A program made the translations under genes and the position numbers. Positions 1-14,948 of a stretch of 64,000 nt of DNA are shown here, piece after piece. Each line of letters opens with the position of its first letter. Positions within the stretch are counted from its first letter, which is position 1. The notes below the pieces were generated by a model. The model did no database searches. It saw nothing but the letters and a program-made list of their open reading frames with translations, and was not told the origin of the DNA. The stretch is from Antechinus flavipes (lineage: Eukaryota): positions 556,140,001 to 556,204,000 of the forward strand of contig NC_067400.1 of the NCBI RefSeq assembly GCF_016432865.1, in the 5' to 3' direction.

Positions 1-169
1 TCTTTGATCACATGTAATTTTCCAATAGACATTTGTTTAAAGGATATAAATAATTCCCAAAAGAAGAATCACAAACTATTAGAAAAAAATGAATAATACA
101 TGCTTCAAAGCATTAAAAACAAGATAATCAAAATCTCAACAAGTGTAATTTCACTTCATATAAATCAAA

Positions 170-560
170 ATGCAAAGATGACAAGATAGGAATAGTGAAT
201 ACTGTAAATACTGTGGATAAACAGACATTTAATGTATTATTGGTGAAGTTGTGACTATATATAACATTTCTAGAAAGAAACTTGCAATTATGCTAAGAAA
301 GTGAGAAAAGTGTTCATTCACTCAGATATCCCACCTACAAGGCATAAACCCTTCAGAGAACAAGAATAACAAGAAAGATTTCATGTGCACCAACATATTT
401 CTAATAGCATTTTTTGTGGTAAGGAAGAACTGAAATCCAAGTCATTCATTATGATATGAAGTTTATCTAAACAAGCTGGGGTGCATGAATGGATATAGAG
501 TACTATGAATATAAGATGACCATGAATATAAAATCAAACTGATAAAAGCAGAACCAGGAA
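170..560 (+). mobile_element. Old degenerate L1 ORF2 3' fragment
   Basis: Decayed similarity to the L1 ORF2 C-terminal region also seen at 17640-18470 and 53690-54560; boundaries approximate. Confidence 0.4.
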
Positions 561-1509
561 AACAAGGCAGATTTTGGCTGCAAACATTAACTTTCTAATC
601 ATTTGATCTAATCCAATATATAAGGGGATAGTCTGGAAATTAGTTAGTTCCTCATTACTGAAAATCTTTAAACAGTTGTTGAAATAAAGATCTAGATAAT
701 CTTAGGCAGAAAAGCCTTTCTAAAGCAAATTTCTGAGTACATAATTTCCTTGATGAATATCTCTGAATGACTCCTTGTTCTCCATGGGATAAAGTCCAAA
801 TTTGAGGTTCTACATTATCTATTCATCTTGTTTCAAATTATTCCATGTCGTATATTTAATTTTATTTAATCAATAGTGTTTGTTATTTTTCACATGGTAA
901 GGATTTTCCTGTCTCTGAAACTTTGTAGCTACTGTCTTCCATGCTAGACTTGCCTATGATGTTTACTTCCAAAGACAGAAATCTTTCCCTATACTTAATT
1001 TTAGCCCAGGTACAAATTCTGAATTGTTCTTTTCTTCATATATCTTAAAATTTACAATTTTATTGATTTATCTTTGAATTCATATTACATTTATTGTCTC
1101 TCCCAAAAATCTTCCCTCTCCCAAAAACCTTCTTGAGGGCAGAGCCAATTTAAAATTTACCTTTATCCCTAGTATCAATTCAATGATTTACATAACCAAA
1201 GCTCCATCAATGTTGAATGTAGACAGTTTGTTGTATTCCTGTTTCCATAAGCAAATTTTGCATATATTAAGCCTGGATACATTGTAGGGATTGGAAATCG
1301 GTAGGAATAGTGGTATAAAACAGGGTTAACAAGGTTCTTACCAGACTTCCACAAGGAAAAGTCTTAGGGGTCTGAGGATCTTCTGATCATGGCTTGACTC
1401 TGGTGATTGTCAAGTCATATACCACAAGCTTTGAGATAGATCTTACTAGTAATAATAGTTTATGCTTATGTATTGTCATAAGAATTGCAAAGAACTTTAT
1501 ATAGATTAT

Positions 1510-1660
1510 TTCCTTTTATTTATTTTTTATTTTTTAAAGTTTTTTTCAAAACATATGCATAGATAATTTTCAACATTCACCCTTGTAAAACCTTGTGTTC
1601 TAAATCTTTTTTTCCTTCCTACTTTACCTTCTCCTCTATATGGCAAATAATCCAATATGT
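1510..1660 (-). mobile_element. L1 3' terminus fragment (antisense)
   Basis: T-rich tail followed by caaaacatatgcatagataattttcaacattcacccttgtaaaaccttgtg, the same 3'-end motif as at 13270 and 18480. Confidence 0.65.
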
Positions 1661-1774
1661 TTCCATAGATTATTTCGATAAAGATTTGACATGTATTTGA
1701 GTTGAGGTTTCACTCAAAGTTCAGCACTCTATTTACTATGTCCACTGCCTCTCAATAAAGACCCATCTGCATGG

Positions 1775-1990
1775 CATAGTAGATAAGTCACTGGTCTTTG
1801 AGTAAGGAAGAGATGGATTGAATCCCACTAGCTGGAACCTCAGAGTGTATTCTGAACAAGTTGCATACTTTTCTCAGCTTCAGTTTTGTCATCTGTAAAA
1901 CTGGCATAAAATGTACTTGACAAGAGTTCTTGCAAGGGTATATTCATATGTAAAAGAATAAATATAAAATTGCACCTTGCAAATTTTAAG
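1775..1990 (+). mobile_element. MIR/CORE-SINE-like element
   Basis: tRNA-like head and the CORE motif ctcagcttcagttttgtcatctgtaaaa. Confidence 0.55.
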
Positions 1991-3138
1991 GTGCTATAAA
2001 ATAATTTGGATTTTATTTCTTATTAGAGAAGCAAAGTAGCATGGTCAAGGGAAGAATCAGACTTGGGGCCCAGGAAGACTTTTAAATCCTGCCTCAGAAT
2101 AGCACCTAAGTGCCTCCCTTCCCCAACTAAAAGCACTCAACTTGTCAGAGCTTTAATAAAATTTCTAATATAATAAATTAAAGAAATATGTCAGCTTGCA
2201 TTAGTAGAAAGAATTTTCACATCTTGGAATTCCTTATACAAATTAAATCAGAGACAGCATCTATTCTTATTATATTATCATTATTATAAAGTATTACTAC
2301 TACTATTGTTACTATATTTTCGTGGATAGATTTTTGCATTGATGAAGAACTTTATTGAAGGGTCTTTTCAGCTATAGGAAATAATGCTATTCTATTAATA
2401 GTAATAATAATACTGGTATTCAGGGGTAAGAAGAGCAGCTTCACATAGTATATAAATTATTGGGCTTGGAGACAAATCTTGTCTCAGATACTTATTGGAT
2501 GTGGGATGCTAGATATATAATTTAATTTCTATTTCCTTCCGGCAATTTTCTAGCACTTATTTATTAAATTGTAAAAAAATGTGACCATGTTTGTTAAAAG
2601 TGAAAAAATCAGAAATTTCATCTGTTTACTGATATGGATTATGTAGAATTCCCTCCTCCACTACCCCCACATTAGCTTGTAAGGTTCTTGAAGGAAGAAT
2701 CTTATCTTTTTCATTTCCAAATGCAGGAATCAAATGACAACACGTAATGTCATGAAATTTTCACTACTTCTAATGTATTTGTCCCTTAATCTCTTTTTCC
2801 ACTACTGTGACTACAATCTCTGATTTCTAGTGACCTACATAAAATATACTAACGACTTTCTGGCTCCATTTTTCCTCCTGATCCAAGTCATTCATCCCCA
2901 CTGCCAATCTAATCTTGTTTATTTGTTGATATATAAATATCAAAGAATGGTAGGAATTAAATAGTATCCCCTTCTAAGGGGCAATGAGATGTTTAAAATC
3001 TGATGATAAGATTTAAATTTGTAGGTCTTTGTTTGAAATATAAAGATGATAGATTCCTGACCAGAGAGGGTTACATACTTACAAAAAGCTGATAAGATAT
3101 ACTAGGGAATCTTAGAATTATAGTTGGTAGAATTTAAA

Positions 3139-3311
3139 NNNNNNNNNNNNNNNNNNNNNNNNNNNNNNNNNNNNNNNNNNNNNNNNNNNNNNNNNNNNNN
3201 NNNNNNNNNNNNNNNNNNNNNNNNNNNNNNNNNNNNNNNNNNNNNNNNNNNNNNNNNNNNNNNNNNNNNNNNNNNNNNNNNNNNNNNNNNNNNNNNNNNN
3301 NNNNNNNNNNN
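3139..3311. other. Assembly gap (N run)
   Basis: Run of n. Confidence 0.99.
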
Positions 3312-3352
3312 TCTCCTATATATATGTGTCTGTATATATTTTTTATATGTTT

Positions 3353-3480
3353 NNNNNNNNNNNNNNNNNNNNNNNNNNNNNNNNNNNNNNNNNNNNNNNN
3401 NNNNNNNNNNNNNNNNNNNNNNNNNNNNNNNNNNNNNNNNNNNNNNNNNNNNNNNNNNNNNNNNNNNNNNNNNNNNNNNN
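3353..3480. other. Assembly gap (N run)
   Basis: Run of n. Confidence 0.99.
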
Positions 3481-3736
3481 TAATTTCTATTTTCTTCAGG
3501 CAATTTTCTAGCACTTATTTATTAAATAGTAGTAGATAAGTCATGGGTCTTTGAGTAAGGAAGAGATAGATTGAATCCCAGTAGCTGGAACCTAAGAGTG
3601 TGATTCTGAACAAGTTGCATATTTCTGAACAAGTTGTATATATAAATAAATATATATTATAATAAAAGATAAATATTATAGTTTACATATATACATATAT
3701 GTATATATATACATATATATGCACACATATATAAAC

Positions 3737-4500
3737 TATATGTATCTCTATCTCCCATATACAGACACATACATATGGGAGATAGAGATACATATATAAA
3801 CATACACATACATGTGGCAGATAGAAAATATGTATATAAAAACACACTCAAAAGACAGATAACGTGTATATAAACACACAGACATGATAGAGAATATATG
3901 TATATATATATAAACATATATATATGAGATAAAAATATATGTATATAAGCACACAGATTATATAGATGAGAATACGTATATAAACATATCCATATGGAAG
4001 ATAGAGAATATGTATATGTAAATATACACATTCATAGGACAGACAGAGACTATGTATATTTAAGCACATACTCAAAGGAAAGATAGAGAATCTATGTATA
4101 TAAACAGACACATGTACAATTAGGAGGGAGAGAAGATGTGTATATGAGCATTCATACATACAACAGACGCTGTGTCTATAAATACACGTATATATGGTAG
4201 ATAAAGACTATGTATATATAAAAACACTCAGCCATATGACAGAGAATTCGTGTCTGTAAATAGAAACATCTGGCAGACAGAGAATGTGTGTCTATAAGCA
4301 GACACATAGGGGAGATAGAGAACATATGTATATAAATTCGTCCTCAGGCGTAAGGCAGAGAATATGTGTATAATAACACACTATCTATGGAAGAGAGAAT
4401 GTCTCTACAAACAGACACCTACATATGGGAGATAGAGAAAGTGTGTTGATAACCACAGGCCTATGAAAGAGAATATGTGCATATAACTAACACACACATA
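3737..4500 (+). repeat. Degenerate ~38-bp minisatellite, about 19 units, core GATAGAGAATATGTATATAAAC
   Basis: gatagaga/gacagaga cores recur about every 38-42 bp (e.g. 3781, 3886, 4000, 4082, 4431); preceded by (TA)-rich sequence. Confidence 0.8.
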
Positions 4501-4660
4501 CCTGTTTGTACTCGCACATATCGTGCGCATTCCAAGTTATCACAGAGAAAACTTACAAAGCAGGAAGAAAAAAAATTCAAATATTAAGAAATAAAAGATA
4601 AATTAATTAAAGCCCCTGGCGCCTATAATTATATATTCAAAGCACAGCCATTAAAAAGGG

Positions 4661-6110
<1,450 letters not shown>

Positions 6111-6599
6111 CAACAACAACTTTGAGGTTGTGGTTCAGAGCAAGCCACACAGAGAGAGATCTTCAATCAAAACCCATTTATAACTAAATTATATCCCAAT
6201 CCCGCCCTGCAATTCTGGTCAGGCTGTCATTAGTTCTCCATCACACTAAATAATTCTTAGAAGGACACAATAATCATTGAGAAGAGTTTTCTAACACATT
6301 TAGAGAGCATAAAACCAGCTCTTTTCATTTTGGTCAAGTGTTTGAAAGCCCTCCACAGCAAGCACAGCCTATGTTAACTCCAAAGTTTGGCTGGAGACAT
6401 TTCAAAAACACAGTGAAGAGCACCAGATACTTTTCTATGGTGTCTAGATTTTGAAAAAAAAAATGTGAGCATGAAAGATGGGGGAGTCATCCAGTCTAGA
6501 AGTATTCAGTCCCATTTTAGAATAATTCCCCATCTCTTTGTGTGAAATGTCCTTTGCTACCCCTCAATATTACATGGACCAGCTTTGCTATTTGGGGGA

Positions 6600-7190
6600 A
6601 AAAAGAATATAGGAAAGAACTAAAATCTGAGTGGATTCCTATCAGTTGGGGAATGGCTGAATAAGTCATGATACATGAACGTTATGGAATATTATTGTTC
6701 TATAAAAAACAATCAGTAGAATGATTTCAAAGAGATCTCCTCTGGAGAGACTTATATGAACTGAGCGTGAAATGAGCAGAACCAGGAAATCATTGTACAC
6801 ATCAACAAGATTATATGATGATCAATTCTTATGGATATGGCTTTTTTCAACAATGAAATGATTCAGACCAATTCCAATAGACTTATGATGGAGAGAGCCA
6901 TCTGCACCCAGAGAGAAGAGATTTTTTCACTTTTTGTTATTGTTGTTTGCATGCTTTTTTTTTTGCTTATATTTTTCTTCTTTTTAATCTGATTTTTCTT
7001 GTGCAGCATAATATCTGTGAAGATATATATAGAAGAATTGTACATGTTTAACATATATTGGATTACTTGCTGTCTAGGGGAGGTGTTGGGGGGAAGGGAA
7101 GGAAAAAGTTAGAACACAAGATTTTGGAAGGGTGAATGTTAAAAACTATATTTTCACATATTTTGAAAATAAAAAAGCTATTAAATTTTT
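6600..7190 (+). mobile_element. L1 3' fragment (ORF2 end and 3'UTR)
   Basis: cagttggggaatggctgaataag, ggaatattattgttctataa, gatggagagagccatctgcacccagagagaag; ends gaaaataaaaaagctatt. Confidence 0.8.
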
Positions 7191-8596
7191 TTTTCTTTTG
7201 TATTTTGATAAATACTGAGGAAATTGAAGCTGTTAAACTTTATGTTAAATTTTACCTTGGTTAAAATTCAAAATTGGTTTTATTGTTGTAGAAACTTATT
7301 CTTTCAATGCATAATTAGAAATCTACTGTTTTGTATACTTGTTTTCAGTTTTTATTCCAACAAACAAGCACTGTAATTAAAGCTCTTAGAATAAAATTTC
7401 TTATCTATTAAAAAATAAAGGAGTTAATATAAAGGTAAATTAAACCTAATAGTTAAATTATCAATGAGACTTTTTAGAAAAGACTCATGACTGTGTCATC
7501 ATTCCAGATAGGTACATATTATATGGATCTTTATTTAAAAGCAACAAGATGTAGGGGACGAACAATTCCTACACTGTCTCTATCCCTTTCACAATCTTCA
7601 TCTCTTAGCAAATTCATTCAGTTGAAAACAGGGCATGCTGTACTCCATCTCTTCACTAGGTAGGGAGAGGTGATTAAAAAAAACAAAACAAAACAAAACA
7701 CAAAGTTCTCTCAGTTCTCTTTCCTGAGCCCTCAATTGAATTTCTGAACTAATCAAGTTATTTTTTAAACAACTTTTGCGAACAAGGTAATGAAATTTCC
7801 AAAGATGAGTTTAAATAAAAGGAAATAGAAGTGAAATCCTTTAGTGAAATATTTTTATCTTAAAATTGTTTCCATTGTTTAAAGGAATAGCTTAGGTTTA
7901 TACCCTTAGATTATGCCATTAGATTATGATGAATAATAATAGATGATTATTAATAATAAAAATATAATAAATTCACGATGTCAATATTTGATTTTAATAT
8001 AATTTTGAATTTTTATTTTTCTACATCTTAAGTCTTTGGTTATTTGCTTTTGAGTATCTTAAACTCATTTGTGTTATATTGAATTTAAGATAATCTACCT
8101 ACATATCAAGATAAGTTTTAAATCTCCCATGATGCAGCTGTTACTGTTATTTATTTAGAATTGAATCTGAAGTTCTGATTCAGAAATTGTTCTTTGAGAT
8201 CAAAATCTTGATATCTAATAGTTAGTGGTTTTGTTTTGTTTTTTTTTTTTTGTTTTGTTTTTTGAATTTTCAATCTAGGGGTGAATGATGGATTAATAAA
8301 TCAGTAAACCATCTTCCCAGAGAAATGCCAAAAGCTATACAAGAAGGATGTGATCTTGATCCTTGAATAGTTTTAAGTGAAGGTTTATATTTGGACAAAA
8401 AACTGGAAAAAACAGTTTTTAAGTGTTTCTTAAGGTGGGATCCTTCAGTCTGAATTTCCTAATTGTGTTCCTTTCGAATGTTTCTCATCTAATTACTCCT
8501 GAGCCTAGTTATGGAGGAGGGAAGTGATTTTTAATATTTTTTCCATAACAAGTTAAATACACAGTTGTGATTTAAGGAAAAAACACAGTTTTAAAG

Positions 8597-8920
8597 TAAT
8601 TGGGCCCTATGAGGTAGACACCAGCATAGACCTGGATCCTTCTTTGTTTAGTTGTCCCTTGATTCTAAAAATACCACTCTGAGGCCTAAATCCTGAGGAC
8701 TCTAATCTGAGAGCCATCCCTTTGTTCTCCTTTCCATCTGGGTGTCCCTGTTAAATCCTATATTTCTGAAAGCCTATGGGAATGCAGTGTGCCTGGGGGA
8801 AAAAAAGGATATAAATCCATTTAGTTTCAGGAGTCACAGGTTATACCAGAGACAGATCCAGAGTCTCCATCCTCTTAAGCAGCAATTCTCAGTACCACAG
8901 GGCACCAGGACAGGTAAAGC
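8597..8920 (+). promoter_or_regulatory. Candidate promoter and 5' non-coding exon of OR52 copy 1
   Basis: Homeodomain-type TAATTG at 8597-8602, O/E-like AGCCTATGGGAA at 8771-8782, splice donor CAG|GTAAAG at 8914; TAATTG and donor conserved in all three cassettes. Confidence 0.45.
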
Positions 8921-11900
8921 ACTTGGCATAGTAGCAAATGCATCCCATCCTAGGAATATCCTGTGTGAATAAACTGGTGATAGTGAAGGGAGCCTGGTCA
9001 CTGCATTAGGAAAGGCTAAGAGGAGAAGTAGTATTATTGCCACAGTAGGCAATGACTTTGAGACTGTCATCCAGGGAAATATGAGTATACATGGCTTCCT
9101 CTGCTAATTTTTTTGGTATCATTTCCAACTTTCTTTGATTTCAACTGGGTCATTGATTTCTGCTAAACTGAAGTCAATTCTTATGAAATACTAGGCATTC
9201 ACTGCCCAGTAAGTAAAGATGAAGCAATTGAAGCAAGGGGGAAGCTGGATTCAAGAAGGCTCCACCTTAAAGGAGGTTGTATTTTCTCACATACTTCTCA
9301 AGTCACCTCTTTTCATTAAAAGCTTATAAACCTCTGAGTTCCTTAGGGCAAGAATTGCTGACTTTTACATGCAACCATAAGGAGAAAAAAACAGCAACAA
9401 ATAGATGAGAAAAAAGACTCAGAGAGGTTCCAGTGACTGATCTAAATTGACACAAGAGAATGAAAGATCCATACCTAAAAGCCATTTTAAAAGAATGGTT
9501 TTGATGCCCTCAGTGAGGTCATAATTGATTAGCAGAGAAAAGATACAAGTAAATAAGAGATTGTGTGGAATCAATGTGCACACCATTAAAAAAGTAATGG
9601 CAATAACTCTATTTGGAAAGGACTTTAAAGTTTACAAAGCCTTTTTTTACGAAATCCCTAAAACGAAGCAAGAGTAATTATAAATTTACTATAAGCAGCA
9701 TGTTGCAGTGTAGACCATCTGCCAATGGTTTGATATATTCACACTCCTCACAGGAGAAAATGGGGAAAGAGGAGCTAGTGAAATGGATGAATGTATTTCC
9801 CTTGTTTTTTCAAATAGAATGATCAAGTAAGAGTGTATAAGAACATTGTAAGTTACTACCAGAAACAAAGGTAAAGCCTTTGTTAGCTTATCAACATTAA
9901 CATTACCTGAGTATCTATAAGCATCTTTCTGGATTATTATCTCTGAACCACATTGGTCTTTATTACTTCTGTGATTCTGGAATGCCTGAAACTTAACAAA
10001 ATGGGGAAGTGAATAAGTTTTCTTTTTTGATGCTTTTATCATCTTCCTCTTCAATGTCACTCTCCTAATTAGTGAAAGACACTCTAACCTTATTCCAAAA
10101 GGGATCTAGTCTACCTTTCATTACTAAGCATTGTGCTAAGTTAGCTATTAGCTGATCCACTTTTAAGAAATGTCTGAAAAAAAAAAAAAAAAGATTATTT
10201 CCACCTCTGTTCCACCAAACCCTCCAAGAAATGTTTCCAGTGTGTATGTGTCTGTGTGTCTGTGTGTCTGTGCGCATAAATGAATATACTCTGATAGTCA
10301 TAGAATCTCAGATAAGAGTTAAATTAATTTAACAGTGTATAGTATTCTAGAACTCAAAAAAATATGCTTAAACATGCCATTGATAAATGTCTCATTTAAA
10401 AAGACAGATCCTTCCCTTTTAAAACAGTTGTAATCATCTAAGTTTCTTCTTTATATTTACTTATTTAGTTGAAATTTAAAATATTTCTGCTTTCACCAAC
10501 TGGTCTTAGATCTACCTTCTGAAGTATATATATTTAATTTTCTTACATGTGATAATCAAACATTGGAAAACAACTAATTAATTAATTTCCTCTTGATTCT
10601 TTTATTTTCTTAGGTAAACTTACAGAAGCTTAAGTTCTTATTATCTCAGAGTTAAAGAGAATTATAGTCATGTAGTTTGACTTAAATGTAATCTAGATTT
10701 CTTGTTTATACATCCCTGACAAGGGACCATCAACAGTCAGTTTGAAGAACTCCAGGAATAGATCACTCTCTTCCTCCTGAATCATTCTATTCCAATTTTT
10801 GAAAATTCCATTTGTTAAGAAATATGCAAGTACACTGAGCTAAAATGATCTCTCTGTTCCTACTCCCCAGTGCTCTTAGTTCTCTCCTCTGGTGCCAAAT
10901 TGTACAATTCTAAAACATTTCCTTCTCCCTGCCAACATGATAAGCAAGCTATTCATGCCTTTGACAAAATCATTCATAAACTTATTTAACAAAATGCTAC
11001 CTAAGAAAGAGTCTTACAAAAATAAACCAGAATTCTCACAATAATAACAATAACTAGCACTTTTTGGGTAATGCCATTTGATCAGCTAGGAATTACACAT
11101 GCAAAATCTATCAATGATCACCACTAGGATCTTATGAAATATTTTACTCAATATTTTGTTCACTGGAGTTATATTGTATCTATGGAATTTACTTCATTTG
11201 TCAGGTTAATAATATAATTATAAAAAAAGGAAAAAAAAGAAATTAAGCTAGGAAGAATTAAAGAAAGATTATCAAAAGAATTAATAAAGGAAAATAGAAG
11301 AAAAAATCTTTTAATTTTGCATGACCTATACTAAATGAAGCAAAAATTAATCTTAAATCAATTTCTCATTCCCTAAGAAACCCTTTTTAAAAAAAATAAA
11401 TTTTATATAAGTTAATTTCTCTGTATCTCATATTCTTCACCTGAAGAATATAATCTTTCATAAAATTAATTTTACTAATTATTCTTTTAATATTCCAGAA
11501 CTTTTTACATTCCAGAGCTCTAGAATATTATAGAAATCATAACCAAATTCAAAAGCATCTATTACTAAAAACCCATATTTTTTCTTTGTGAAGAGAGTAA
11601 CACTATGACCTTACTCCTGAACTTTCATATCACCTCAATGTCTTTTGATAATTTCAAGAATTCCTTCTTTTGAAAATGGCTAAGGAATTATATTCACAAT
11701 TTGTCTGAAGCTCTAGTCCCAAAATTATTTCATATCAACTCATGCTATTTTTTAAAATCCCCTTTTCTAAGCCATGTCTTTTACTTAATATCTCTTCTAT
11801 TATTAAGATTATTAACCTTTATAGAATAATTAAATATTAAATTGAATTGAATAATTTCTTCTTTCTCCATCCACATCTAGCTGAGGGTAGCAGTCCTACC

Positions 11901-13269
11901 TCTTTCTTGCTCTCTGTACCCAAAATACACTTAAGAATACATTTTTGTTATTCTTTTAATATATCAAAAGACTTGAATTATCTAGGTTTAAATAAAGTAC
12001 TTGATATTGTACTTATGAGTATTTGCTAATTTATGCTCATTTTCTCTTATTTGCCTCATCTCTCTTCATCTCAACATTTAAAATATATGTGACCTTTGTA
12101 TTTTTAATTTTTTTTACACTTTTTAAAACTGCATACTGTTTTAAACATTAGAATCTTTTTTGTTTTCTTAATCCTTGAGGTGTCCCTTGTCAATTAATTT
12201 TCCCTGAAGAACTTATTACTATGACATCCCACTTAGCTTTTCTGTATAATTTTGAAAGCTTTTCATTCCATCTTCACTGCTCTCAGATTGCATTTTCCTG
12301 CTAATTCATTAGGAGCTCTAAAGTGATGTGAACACTTCCATCCCTTCCCATAGTGTTACCATCATTTCCATTTAGCCAACCAGTCCATTCTTACTGATAA
12401 TGAACTCCTTCATTTGTTTTTATTTTTTTGGAAGGATGGCATCATTAAAGCAAATTTTTCTTTATACTTATTTAAAAAGAAAAACATTTAGCCATTGTTC
12501 ATGAAGTTGAATCTTATTAATGATATAGTCTTTTTCTTTTGTCAGCTTTGTAAAGTGCTTTTAGAATCTACCATACACCTATTTCTGGTCTGTAAGTATT
12601 GTTTCTACTACAATATTATTTCCATTTCTCCCCTCATTGATCCTCAGTCAAGTATTTTCTTCCAATATGTCCCCTTTGTGATTCATGTCTTTCATTACAG
12701 AAATCTTATAATTTTTATGTACAGTATTACTAGATCATCATTTATCTGCACATTGCCACCTTTTAGCTAATCTATTTCTTGTAATAAAATGTATATATCA
12801 TTACTTCTATATTCCAATTATTATCATATCTATGCAAAAGTTGACTCCTTGTATTATTATGCCTAGTTCATGTGATTCATTAATACTTTTCTCATTTTAA
12901 TATTGATACCTAAGGTCATTGGTATTTTTACTAATTCTCTTCCTAGAAATATTTCAATGTGAATTACTAGAGTATTCTACTAAAGATAATCACAAGACAT
13001 GGTTTTGTATTTCCTCATCACACTTGTCAGCTTCCTTTAGATACATTTTCATTTTTCAAAGTCCATCTCAAAAGGGGATAGCCAGAAAAAAAATACAATA
13101 GGCCAAATCTGTTTGGGATAGGATCAAATTTATTTGAGCTTTTATTTGTAGCACTCTGAAGAGCAAATTTTCATAATCACACCTCACAAATCAACTTTTG
13201 TGGCTACAATAAACTGATGTATTATCTTGCTTATAAAATCGATTCAAATTATTTTGAATTTTCAAACTA

Positions 13270-13790
13270 AAATTTTCTTTTTTTATGAAAGCTTTTTATT
13301 TTCAAAACATATGCATGGATAATTTTTCAATACTGACCTTTGGAAAACCTTGTTTTACAAATTTCCCCCCTCTTCTCCCCATCCTTTCTCCTAGATGGCA
13401 AGTAATCCAATATATATTAAACATGTTAAAATATATGTTAAATCATATATATATATATATGAAAATCAGATACAAGAAAATCAGATCAAAAAAAAAAAAG
13501 AGAGAAAAAATGAAAGCAAACAACACCAAAAAAAATTAAAATGCAATGTTGTGATCCACAATCAATTCCCCTAATCATTTCTTTGGATGTAGATGGCTCT
13601 CTTCATCACAAGACCATTGGAATTGTCCTGTATGAAAAGAGCGATATCCATCAGAACTGATCATCGTATAATCTTTTTGTTGCTGTGTACAATGATCTCC
13701 TGATTCTCCTCATTTCACTTAGTATCAGTTGATGTAAATATCTCCAGGCCTCTCTGAAATCATTCTGCTGATTGTCAAACTGAAATTTTC
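13270..13790 (-). mobile_element. L1 3' fragment (antisense)
   Basis: caaaacatatgcatggataatttttcaa ... gtagatggctctcttcatcacaag; reverse complement of the element type at 6600-7190. Confidence 0.8.
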
Positions 13791-14948
13791 AAACATTTGA
13801 AATAGCCAATTTTGGAAGAGAGATTAATTTTTTCAGACTAGTTCTAAAATAAACAGACTGATGACTGAATGTTAAAAAGAGACAAATTTCATATCCATAG
13901 AAGAAAAGACTAAATATCAGAGCTGCCCACAAGCAGAATGAGACTGATTAGTAGGTAATTAATGTTGGGGCCTGCCTGAGGAGTAATCTCATTTTGAACT
14001 ATTTCACAACAACCTCCTTATGAAAATTTCAGTGAAAGGGAAGGATTTGATGATCTCTAAATATCTCTGTTAGTGAACTGATGGAATGCATTTTGGATCT
14101 ATTTTTTAAATTGTCTAGCATTCCTTTATTATCTTGAAGAAAACAAAACAAAGTTAATTATGGCATTTGAAATCTAATAAAAAGATCTAAGTGACATATA
14201 TAAATAGCTTCAATGCGATATAGGAAAAAATGGGAACCAGTACGAAATTATCTATTATATCTCTTTTATAGAAAATGGCAGGGGGAGACAAAAGGCAGAG
14301 GGAGGAAGCTTACAATTATAAGAGTACTAAGTAATTACAAGAGTATTAAAGTGCATAGCAAGATAAACATATACTCTCACTAGAAATCAAAGCAGTCTTC
14401 TCTTTCTAGAATAGCTTGAGAATTGTGATGACTGTCATATAGGACAGTTTCTTATAAATAGCCATTAGAAAAGCAAATCAAGGAAGTTTTGTAAAAGTCT
14501 CTTCAATGAATAAACATTAAGTTATAATCCCATTTTACCAGAAATCTTTTGAGTATGGAAAAGAATTATGATCAAAAGAAAACACTTCAAAACTTTCAAA
14601 ATTTACTATATATTTATTTAACATACTTTGAAATTTTTAATTGCTTTTTTTCCCCCAATCAGAATGAAAATTCCCACTTAGGATGTTTCTTACCATGTCT
14701 CCATCTCCAGTCCCTAATCAGTTCCTTTTCAGTCCAAACCAAAATTCATCTATCTTGACCAATGAATTTCAGGAAAGAGGACCACAGGAGAGAAACCATG
14801 GTTTTGAAATAAGAATGAAATAAGAATAGAAATCATAAGTCCCCCAATCATAGTTATTATGTTTTGATCCCTAAGGCTATGGAGTGAATCCAGTACAGAT
14901 AGGAAAGATGTGGAAGAAATAGGAAAATTTCCTGTGTAGAGAGTCTGT

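Noticed and set aside
3102-4159. ORFs spanning N gaps or the TA-rich minisatellite
   Set aside because: Artefacts of unknown bases and low-complexity Y/I/C-rich translation.
3770-4500. CRISPR-like repeat-spacer array
   Set aside because: Eukaryotic context, degenerate contiguous units without unique spacers, no cas genes; it is a minisatellite.
8600-8960. Faint TRIM B30.2/SPRY-like words (FRPQSG) on the minus strand, tempting because TRIM genes neighbour class I OR clusters in eutherians
   Set aside because: Only a few residues match, they are not preserved in copies 2 and 3, and the other SPRY motifs are absent.
8834-9070. 78-aa minus-strand ORF resembling a signal peptide plus Cys-rich secreted peptide
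   Set aside because: The paralogous blocks at 43700-44000 and 56090-56400 have frame-breaking indels and stops at different positions; no conserved ORF.
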